Assembly (NCBI GenBank): GCA_023399095.1
Contig: JAEWQS010000006.1
Span: 4,550-68,549 of the forward strand
Reading direction: 5' to 3'
DNA: 64,000 nt
Source of the DNA: Bacillota bacterium
GTDB lineage: Bacteria > Bacillota > Clostridia > Christensenellales > SZUA-584
Shown: positions 20,183 to 27,624 of the stretch, in pieces
Layout of the letters: each line of letters opens with the position of its first letter
Position numbering within the stretch: position 1 is the first letter of the stretch
Notes under the pieces: generated by a model
The model's database searches: none
What the model saw: the letters and a program-made list of their open reading frames with translations, nothing else
Told to the model about the DNA's origin: nothing
Program-made: the position numbers and the translations under genes

Positions 20183-21082
20183 ATGCGAAATACATCGGTC
20201 GAGCTTGTGATGCAAGTGGTGAGACTGATTGAAGAGACCCTAAACGAACCGCTATTGCTGGATAATATAGCGCGCAGCGTTTTTGTTTCTAAATACCATT
20301 TGCACCGCTTGTTTAAAACATTGACCGGCAGAACGCTTATGTCTTACGTGAGAGGCCGGCGGCTGAGCCGCAGCCTTGATGAGCTTCTCAATACGCAAGA
20401 AAAGCTCTCGTATATTGCCGAAATGTATGGGTTTAACTATGAGCAAAGCTATGAACGCGCTTTCAAAAGTCATTTTGGCATGACGCCAACCGCATTTCGA
20501 AACGCACCAAATGAATTGGAAATCGTTCATATGTTTGATACCAGCACGATACGTGATATTGCGAGCGGAATATTTGTGGCACCGCGTTTTCTTGTATTGC
20601 CCGAGATGATGTTTACAGGCATTCGCCATAGCATCTCATTGCAGCCAAAGCGGCCCACTGCCGCAAACGAAGCCGCGCTGCGGTTTTGTGACAGTGAGCG
20701 CGAAAGCATACCCCATCGGATTAACGAACAATTATATTATGGGTTTACTGATGATATAAACGAACGATCATATTGCTATATGTCTTGCGTCGAAACAAAT
20801 GAATTATCTCAGTTGCCCATGCCTTTTGAAAGCTTTGTGCTTCCTTCTCATCTTTATGCAGTATTCAGGTATGTGGGATTTCATTCAGCCGATTGTCTGT
20901 CCGACTATACGCTTGATGAGATATATAATTATATCTCTGTGGATTGGTGCGCAAAAACGGATTATCGAAGAGACAACGATTACATGTTTGAGCGGGTTGA
21001 CGCCACTGTATGCAAATCAACCTATTGTGAGATGGATATTTTTCTGCCTGTGAATGATAAACCAAACCAGAAAGATTCCTGA
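20183..21082 (+). CDS. AraC family transcriptional regulator with GyrI-like effector domain
   Basis: N-terminal double HTH (SKYHLHRLFK...GF.YEQSYERAFK..FG.TP..FR) and a C-terminal ~150-aa GyrI-like region. It is divergent from the esterase gene. Confidence 0.85.
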   Translation: MRNTSVELVMQVVRLIEETLNEPLLLDNIARSVFVSKYHLHRLFKTLTGRTLMSYVRGRRLSRSLDELLNTQEKLSYIAEMYGFNYEQSYERAFKSHFGMTPTAFRNAPNELEIVHMFDTSTIRDIASGIFVAPRFLVLPEMMFTGIRHSISLQPKRPTAANEAALRFCDSERESIPHRINEQLYYGFTDDINERSYCYMSCVETNELSQLPMPFESFVLPSHLYAVFRYVGFHSADCLSDYTLDEIYNYISVDWCAKTDYRRDNDYMFERVDATVCKSTYCEMDIFLPVNDKPNQKDS

Positions 21083-21195
21083 TAAAAATTAAAATCTATT
21101 GAGCTTAGCTGTATTAATCTTTCGTCATTTGTTTAACTTTCGCATATTTTTAATCCTAATGGCAAAATAATAAAAAATATGATGGGAGATAAAAG

Positions 21196-22146
21196 ATGAC
21201 TGTTGGAATACCTAAAGGTCTTTTGTATTCAAAATATCATGTTTTTGCCGAGTCTTTTTTTCGTGCTCTTGGAATGGATGTCGTGACGTCCCCAGACACA
21301 AATAAGGAAATACTTGATGAAGGTGTAAAATCCTGCGTAGATGACGCTTGTCTGCCGGTGAAAGTTTTTCATGGACATGTGCAATGGCTGATGGACAAAT
21401 GCGATTATTTATTGATGCCGCGCTTTTTGAGTCTTGAGAAAAGGAAGTCTCTATGCCCCATGTTCTGCGGTCTCGTGGAGATGGTTAAAAGCAGTATAAC
21501 CGGACTTCCTCCGCTTATTGATTCCCCCGTTTATTCCCTTGATAAGAAACGCTTGCAGGAATGGGCCGTGCAATCGGGCAGCTTTTTGACGAGAGACAAA
21601 AAAGCAATAGCGGATGCTTTTGAATATGCACTGGGAAAGCAAAAAAATCATCAAACAGCACTTAATGATGATGGTTACTCATACCGCATTGCCTTGATCG
21701 GGCATACGTACAATATCCACGATGCTTTCATCAACATGAATCTGGTCAAGAAACTGCACGCAATGGATATTGGTGTCGTGACTACGGAAAGCGTGGCTAA
21801 AGATGATATTGCGATTCACGCAGGCGGGCTCTACAAACCTCCGTTCTGGTATTTTGCGCGGGAATATTACGGTGCTGCCGTCAGCCTTTATAAAAACAAA
21901 CTAGTCGATGGTTTCATCTACGTGTCCGCTTTCTCGTGCGGTGTCGATTCGGTTGTTATCGAGTTGATTAATCTGGAAGCGGATTCTCTTCCCTTCATGG
22001 TTTTAAAAATCGATGAACATACCGGAGAAGCCGCTATAGATACGCGTATCGAGGCGTATGCGGATATGCTTAAAAGGAGGGTACAAATTGGTTATCACCG
22101 TCCCACGCATGGGCAACACATGCCTTGCCGCCAAAGCGTTTTTTGA
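21196..22146 (+). CDS. Acyl-CoA dehydratase activase-related protein (DUF2229-type module 1)
   Basis: N-terminal GIPKGLLY...DDACLPVKVFHGH and C-terminal KIDEHTGEAAIDTRIEAY, typical of the CoA-activase accessory domain. Confidence 0.7.
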   Translation: MTVGIPKGLLYSKYHVFAESFFRALGMDVVTSPDTNKEILDEGVKSCVDDACLPVKVFHGHVQWLMDKCDYLLMPRFLSLEKRKSLCPMFCGLVEMVKSSITGLPPLIDSPVYSLDKKRLQEWAVQSGSFLTRDKKAIADAFEYALGKQKNHQTALNDDGYSYRIALIGHTYNIHDAFINMNLVKKLHAMDIGVVTTESVAKDDIAIHAGGLYKPPFWYFAREYYGAAVSLYKNKLVDGFIYVSAFSCGVDSVVIELINLEADSLPFMVLKIDEHTGEAAIDTRIEAYADMLKRRVQIGYHRPTHGQHMPCRQSVF

Positions 22147-23185
22147 AGCTGCACACATCCCCTATGTGATGCCCGAGAAAATAAACAAACAAACATTGCA
22201 AAACGGCATTGCGCTGTCTCCGGATGAAATATGTCTGCCGTTTAAGATTCTCATGGGCAGCTATATGGATTGTATAGAAAAGGGCGCGGATACCATACTG
22301 ATTACTGGAAGCTGCGGCCCGTGCCGTTTTGGAGAATACTGTGAGCTGCAGATGAAGCTGCTAAAAAAACTCGGAACTCAGGCAGAAACGATAGTTCTTG
22401 ATGCTCCAAAAGAAATCGGGAGACAGGAGCTTCTTAGGCGAATCGGTTTGATCTCCATGGCCAGTCCTTTAAGCGCAAAGAAAAAGCTCAATGCTCTACG
22501 GCAAGCGTTTCACATATTATCCCTTGTGGACAGCATTGATGAAAAGGCGTACATGCTGGCCGGTTACGAAGTGAACAGTGGTGAATGCAAGCAATTGATT
22601 ATGGATTGCCATGAGCAAACGGAGAACTGCCGCAAGCCCAATGAAATACAAACACTTTTGAAGCAATATCTTCAAAAGCTGGGTAATGTAAAGACCGATA
22701 TGAGTAAAAAGCCGCTGCGTATCGCTTTGATTGGAGAAATCTATTCGATGGTTGAGCCGTTTGCGAATTTGTATATAGAAGAAAAGCTGATGGACTACGG
22801 TGTGAGCACCAGCCGACTTATCACACCCAGCTGGTGGCTCAAGGATCTCATAGCCAAACCGCTTAAGCTTAATTCGATGGATATTCGGCGCGCTGCCCAT
22901 GACTATCTGTCTTATAACACGGGCGGACATGCAAAGGAATCGATTGGCCATGCCGTGATATGTCAAAGAAACAATTTTGACGGTGCAATACAGATTTTTC
23001 CGCTCGGCTGCATGCCTGAAATCGTCGTCAAGGCGATTTTGCCTGTCATACAACAAGAAAAGGATTTTCCGGTGTTGACATTGGTCGTGGACGAAATGAC
23101 GGGTGAAGCGGGATATATGACGAGAATTGAAGCTTTTCTTGACATGCTGGAAGCGAAAAGAAGAAAAGGAGAGATATCAGCTTGA
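22088..23185 (+). CDS. Acyl-CoA dehydratase activase-related protein (module 2)
   Basis: The TTG start at 22088 follows AAGGAGGG. N-terminal ITVPRMGN...PDEICLPFKILMG, CGPCRFGEY, and C-terminal VDEMTGEAGYMTRIEAF. Confidence 0.7.
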   Translation: MVITVPRMGNTCLAAKAFFEAAHIPYVMPEKINKQTLQNGIALSPDEICLPFKILMGSYMDCIEKGADTILITGSCGPCRFGEYCELQMKLLKKLGTQAETIVLDAPKEIGRQELLRRIGLISMASPLSAKKKLNALRQAFHILSLVDSIDEKAYMLAGYEVNSGECKQLIMDCHEQTENCRKPNEIQTLLKQYLQKLGNVKTDMSKKPLRIALIGEIYSMVEPFANLYIEEKLMDYGVSTSRLITPSWWLKDLIAKPLKLNSMDIRRAAHDYLSYNTGGHAKESIGHAVICQRNNFDGAIQIFPLGCMPEIVVKAILPVIQQEKDFPVLTLVVDEMTGEAGYMTRIEAFLDMLEAKRRKGEISA

Positions 23186-24186
23186 ATAAAGAGTTTTGCC
23201 TTGGCATCGATGTCGGTTCAGTCAGCACAAATATTGTGTTGATCGACACAGACGGTAAGGTGGTTGAGAAGCTGTACTTACGAACGAATGGACGCCCGAT
23301 TGAGGCCATTTGCAAAGGCCTTTCCTTGCTCAAAGGCAAACTGGACGAAAGTGCCGTTATCATTGGTGCGGGCACAACGGGCAGCGGCAGGCAGTTGGCT
23401 GGTGCGATGGTGGGTGCGGATGTCATGAAAAATGAAATCACAGCGCATGCTGTGGCCGCTTGCCATGTTGTACCGGATGTGCGTACGATACTGGAAATCG
23501 GCGGCCAGGATTCAAAGATCATTCTGATTAAAGACGGCATGGTCTGTGATTTTGCCATGAATTCCGTTTGTGCGGCAGGAACGGGTTCCTTCTTAGACAG
23601 GCAGGCCTCACGCCTTGAAATTCCCATTGAAGAGTTCGGCGGTTATGCGCTGCGTTCCAAGTCCCCCGTGCGTATTGCAGGGCGTTGTGCCGTGTTTGCC
23701 GAGTCAGATATGATCAGCAAGCAACAAGCAGGTCATACGGCTGAGGATATTATTGCGGGCCTGTGCGAGGCTCTCGTTCGCAATTACTTAAATAATCTCG
23801 CTAAAGGAAAAGAAATTAGAGGCCCTATATTATTTCAAGGAGGCGTGGCTGCCAATATCGGTATCCTCTCGGCATTTGAAAAAGCACTTGGGAAAAAAGT
23901 CATTATCCCTCAGCAATACGACGTGATGGGTGCTTATGGCGCTGCCTTAATTGCCAAAGACGCAATGCTTGACAAACAAACCTGTTTTAAGGGATTTGAG
24001 AACCTGAGCCGCGAGTTCATTACCGAGAGCATCGCCTGCACAGATTGTGCCAATATGTGTGAAGTTGTCAGAATTAAGGCGGATGGCGCTTGTATTGCCC
24101 ACTGGGGTGATCGATGCGGCAAATGGGGCAATAGGATGGACACATCCGAACAAAGTGAAAAAAACAAAGAGTCGGAAGTATCGTAA
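23182..24186 (+). CDS. BcrAD/BadFG-type ATPase (acyl-CoA dehydratase activase, HgdC-like)
   Basis: LGIDVGSVSTN (phosphate 1), GTTGSGR, ILEIGGQDSK, CAAGTGSFLD. 4-nt overlap with the upstream gene. Confidence 0.85.
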   Translation: MNKEFCLGIDVGSVSTNIVLIDTDGKVVEKLYLRTNGRPIEAICKGLSLLKGKLDESAVIIGAGTTGSGRQLAGAMVGADVMKNEITAHAVAACHVVPDVRTILEIGGQDSKIILIKDGMVCDFAMNSVCAAGTGSFLDRQASRLEIPIEEFGGYALRSKSPVRIAGRCAVFAESDMISKQQAGHTAEDIIAGLCEALVRNYLNNLAKGKEIRGPILFQGGVAANIGILSAFEKALGKKVIIPQQYDVMGAYGAALIAKDAMLDKQTCFKGFENLSREFITESIACTDCANMCEVVRIKADGACIAHWGDRCGKWGNRMDTSEQSEKNKESEVS

Positions 24187-24280
24187 GCATATCTATTGTT
24201 AAAGAACAAATATTCAAAGAAACTCATAGTATACATCAGCAAACAATTCATGTTTGTTTTCGATGAAAGGAGTTTTTTTG

Positions 24281-24745
24281 ATGCCAGATGAAATGAATAC
24301 ATCAAGCGGTACGGAACTTGCGCAACGCGGCGGACGGGGTGGTTTTCCGGGTGGTGGCCCAGGTGGTTTCCCGGGGCGCGGCCCACGCGGCGGTTTCCCG
24401 GGCAGAAGATTCCCGCGCGGCGGTTTTCCGGGCAGACGGTTTCCCCGGAGATTTCCAGTAAGACAACGATTCCCCAGGTTCTTCTTCCTCCCGATCGGTT
24501 TCCCGACCGGACGGTGTTACTGGACAGATCAGTTTGGCCGATGCTGCGACCAATTTGGCCGATGCTGCGACCGGTATGGCAGATGTTCTTACAACGATAG
24601 ATATGCTGACAACCGCTTAGCGATGGGTCCCAGCCAGTCGGGCGGCTGGTATGGCGCACCGGGAAACTGGGATATGATTCCGGACTATGATGACATGATG
24701 GATTATGACATGGACGATATGGACGATATGGACGACGATTATTAA
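24281..24745 (+). CDS. Repeat-built low-complexity protein with an Arg/Gly/Pro/Phe-rich N-terminal half, D(Q/R)(F/Y)GRC(C/S) repeats and a poly-acidic D/M/Y tail
   Basis: AAAGGAG lies 8 nt upstream of the ATG at 24281, and a strong terminator lies downstream. The repeats are in frame. No homolog recognised. Confidence 0.6.
   Translation: MPDEMNTSSGTELAQRGGRGGFPGGGPGGFPGRGPRGGFPGRRFPRGGFPGRRFPRRFPVRQRFPRFFFLPIGFPTGRCYWTDQFGRCCDQFGRCCDRYGRCSYNDRYADNRLAMGPSQSGGWYGAPGNWDMIPDYDDMMDYDMDDMDDMDDDY
24386..24589 (+). repeat. In-frame tandem DNA repeats inside the 24281-24745 gene
   Basis: Two 30-nt units (24386-24415 and 24416-24445) encode RGGFPGRRFP. Two 21-nt units (24527-24547 and 24548-24568) plus a degenerate third (24569-24589) encode DQFGRCC. 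Confidence 0.75.
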
Positions 24746-24807
24746 AAAAATCTTAACAATGCCAGATTTCGGCCAAGTATTGTGTGCATTGTCGTACTTT
24801 GTTTAAA

Positions 24808-24846
24808 ATGGTCACTGGAATATCAAGATCCAGTGACCATTTTTAC
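24808..24846 (+). terminator. Rho-independent terminator
   Basis: 12-bp perfect stem ATGGTCACTGGA/TCCAGTGACCAT with a 9-nt loop, followed by TTTT. Confidence 0.7.
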
Positions 24847-24903
24847 GGGTTTCTGAAAAGCGGCGCATTTTGGGAACCAAAGTTGTGAAGCTTAAGGGTA
24901 TGA

Positions 24904-25251
24904 TCAATAAGTTTTTATAGTTTGATTGACATCAAGCAGTCCGTTTAAGTAATCAACGCATTGCGTCACCATGCTGTGATACCCCTGTGTGGCCTTCATA
25001 TACGCCTTCACTTCGCCTGCTTCAAGAAAAGCCTTGTTATCATTAAATAATTTTTTTAGGTGTGAGCTAACCTGATCCTCAGGAAAATCATGATGCATGA
25101 TCCTCGCATGTTCTCTCTCGAAATTTATCATAACCCTGCCGAGCCTAGGGTTTTTCATGATAAGCCTGCGTTGGTTAACCATTTCGTTGAATTCCTGTGT
25201 CGCCTTGAGCGCATTCGCAAGATCCTGCAGTTCTTTTTTGGGTAACATCAT
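24904..25251 (-). CDS. YlbF/YmcA family protein (sporulation/competence regulator-like)
   Basis: 115-aa helical protein with size and pattern similar to the YlbF family. Weak recognition. Confidence 0.5.
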   Translation of the reverse strand: MMLPKKELQDLANALKATQEFNEMVNQRRLIMKNPRLGRVMINFEREHARIMHHDFPEDQVSSHLKKLFNDNKAFLEAGEVKAYMKATQGYHSMVTQCVDYLNGLLDVNQTIKTY

Positions 25252-25410
25252 ATACCCCCTTTATGTTTATTTCATTATCTATTCTATTGATACAATATTC
25301 AAACTGTGCAAATACGCCAATTTGCATTGATATGCAACCAAAAACCTAAGATGACGTCTATGGGAAGCCTTTTATTCATAATTATGATTAGAACAAAAAG
25401 GAGTCCCTCT

Positions 25411-26532
25411 ATGTACTCTACACAAGTATCACGGAAAAATATGATTGTGCTTTATCTGTCGCTGGTTTTTTTTATAATTACCGGCTTATTGCTTTTGACA
25501 CTATGTCAAGATGAAGCAAGTCCGGCTGTTAATGCCGAAAGCGAGGATTGGCAAAGGATATTGAATGGGCTATTTGATTTACGTAATGATTGTATCTTAA
25601 AACAGGATAAAGATACACTTGAAAAGATTTTTCTCACAAACGAGAAAAATGGAAGGTGGGCATATGAATTTGAGGTGCAGAGAGCGAAGTATTTAAGTGC
25701 ATGGTCAGCCAAACAAGGTGTTGATGTAACGGGCATTTGCAGTGAAATAAAAATAAAAAGCGTAAAACAAGTCGGGCGAGGCTATTCTTTTTATCTTATC
25801 TCATCAAATGAATACAAATATGTCTATAAGGATACGCCTGAGACTGAAAACATATTCCGTTTGGGTGCGTATCACTCTTTAGACCTGATTCCAAGTGACG
25901 ACGAAAACAGTTGGATCATTAGTCGGGAATGGTATGATGATCCGTTGCTTGATTCAATTAATCTGGATAATGTGACCGAAGAGATGACTACGTATATCAT
26001 GTCTCATCCCGCTATAGACATATCAGGCATCAGTGAACAACGCGTCACGGCGGTCGAGTATGCGGATATGTATTGCGGTGCAGCATCGGACGGACAAAAC
26101 AATTATGAATATAACAGCGAATATACCAACTACAATCCTTTGGGCGGAGACTGCGCGAATTTTGCTTCACAGGTTTTGCTCGAAGGCGGTTTTAAAAAGA
26201 ACGGCACATGGAATTACACCGGCGGAAAAGGCAGCCGCGCATGGGTAAATGCGCAAGGACTCAAGGATTACCTTGTATACAGCGGGCGGGCTTCAGTGCT
26301 TGCGGCAGGCAGCTATAAGGAAATATACCAGTATGCTTACAGTCTTCGCCCCGGTGATATCGTGGCGTATGTCAAAAAAGGAAAGGTGGCGCACGTGTCT
26401 GTGGTCACGGGCGCTGATTCCAAGGGATATCCCCTCGTGAGCTGTCATAATCTAGACCGCTACCGCGTGCCATGGGATATCGGCTGGAGCGGTGACAAAG
26501 TGAAATATTTTTTGCTTAACGTCAGCTATTAA
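25411..26532 (+). CDS. Membrane-anchored putative amidase-domain protein (Amidase_6 type)
   Basis: AAAGGAG upstream of the ATG at 25411 and an N-terminal TM helix. The C-terminal GGDCANFASQVLLEGGF...W...AW.NAQGL..YL and GD...Y......HV motifs are typical of the putative amidase domain. Confidence 0.7.
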   Translation: MYSTQVSRKNMIVLYLSLVFFIITGLLLLTLCQDEASPAVNAESEDWQRILNGLFDLRNDCILKQDKDTLEKIFLTNEKNGRWAYEFEVQRAKYLSAWSAKQGVDVTGICSEIKIKSVKQVGRGYSFYLISSNEYKYVYKDTPETENIFRLGAYHSLDLIPSDDENSWIISREWYDDPLLDSINLDNVTEEMTTYIMSHPAIDISGISEQRVTAVEYADMYCGAASDGQNNYEYNSEYTNYNPLGGDCANFASQVLLEGGFKKNGTWNYTGGKGSRAWVNAQGLKDYLVYSGRASVLAAGSYKEIYQYAYSLRPGDIVAYVKKGKVAHVSVVTGADSKGYPLVSCHNLDRYRVPWDIGWSGDKVKYFLLNVSY

Positions 26533-26680
26533 GGCTGCCCCTCATATGTTCATCAGCATATTCGTATAATGAGTGCCAAAGTTGAGAAACTATTACGGAG
26601 ACGGACAAACATGTAAATAGAAATGAAAATGTTTGATCGTCGGAGCAATAAGCCATGAAATCAACTTTAAGGAGACAGAC

Positions 26681-27624
26681 ATGAGCGAACAGGACAAGCC
26701 GTCTAAAGCGTTATCTGCCCGCTGCGCTTATCAGCTTGCGGACGTAGAGAAAACTGCGCCCCAATACATATCCATCAGTCCCAGATGGCTGACAAGATTT
26801 TTGGAATGGAAACCGCTTGAGTCGGGCATATTCCGGCTAAACAAGGTGAGAAAAGGTAAGAACTGTTGGAGACGCTGTGCGCCCAGTCTAACGGAGAAGA
26901 TATTCCGGAAGGCTATATTGACTATGAACCGGAGCCCCGCGAATATATTTTAACTTCCGTATCATCCATAATAAAAATCGAGACACGCGTGTCTGATATT
27001 TACAGCAAGCCATATGATCAGATAAAGGAGCAGCTGCGGCTCGGCATGGAGAGCATCAAGGAAAAACAGGAAAGCCTCATCATAAACAGCGATGATTACG
27101 GCCTGCTCAACAACATCGACGATTCACAAAGAATCAAAACGCGAGATGGGTCCCCCACGCCGGATGATCTTGATGAGCTTATCGCCAAGGTGTGGAAGCA
27201 GCCGTCTTTCTTTCTTGCGCACCCTGCCGCCATTGCCGCGTTTGGTCGCGAGTGCACACACCGCGGCGTGCCGCCGGTGGCTGTTAACCTTCATGGCTCC
27301 CCTTTCATCACATGGCGCGGCATTCCGCTTGTGCCCACTGATAAGCTTTTGGTAGACGGGCAAAGAAAGCCGTTTGGGGCAAAAGGAAAAACGAATATTT
27401 TGCTTATTCGCAGCGGTGAAGCCAATCAGGGTGTTATCGGTTTGTATCAGACGGGATTGCCCGGAGAACAGTCACGCGGTATGTCTGTGCGGTTTATGGG
27501 TATCAACAATCAGGGGATCGGTTATTACTTGCTGTCTATTTATTGTTCGGCGGCCATTTTAGCTGACGACGCTATCGCTGTTCTTGAGGACGTCGAAATC
27601 GGAAACTACTATGATTATCAATAA
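26681..27624 (+). pseudogene. Family 2A encapsulin shell protein (HK97 fold); reading frame interrupted by an apparent 1-nt frameshift between 26860 and 26892
   Basis: The frame-A ORF starts at ATG 26681 (AAGGAGA upstream) and gives ...SPRWLTRFLEWKPLESGIFRLNKV..., then stops at 26951-26953. The -1 frame is open from 26860 and gives ...GEDIPEGYIDYEPEPREYIL...RVSDIYSKPYDQIKEQLRL...WRGIPLVPTDKL.... Joined length is about 314 aa. There is no cNMP-binding insert. Confidence 0.75.

Noticed and set aside
22058-22087. The ATG at 22058 as the start of the second activase-associated gene
   Set aside because: The TTG at 22088 is preceded by AAGGAGGG at proper spacing. It yields the family-typical N-terminus (V)ITVPRMGN. 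The ATG start would add 10 unrelated residues deep inside the upstream gene.
24386-24589. Tandem repeats considered as a CRISPR-like or non-coding array
   Set aside because: There are only 2-3 directly adjacent units with no spacers. They are in frame within an ORF and encode peptide repeats.
23934-24659. 241-aa minus-strand ORF covering the repeat region
   Set aside because: It is antisense to the 3' end of the well-supported activase ATPase gene and to the repeat gene. It has no SD, and its low-complexity sequence mirrors the plus-strand repeats. The plus-strand gene has both an SD and a terminator.
26866-27624. The TTG at 26866 as an independent start for a truncated 252-aa shell protein
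   Set aside because: There is no Shine-Dalgarno sequence. The family-typical N-terminal region continues upstream in another frame. A frameshifted single gene is the simpler reading.
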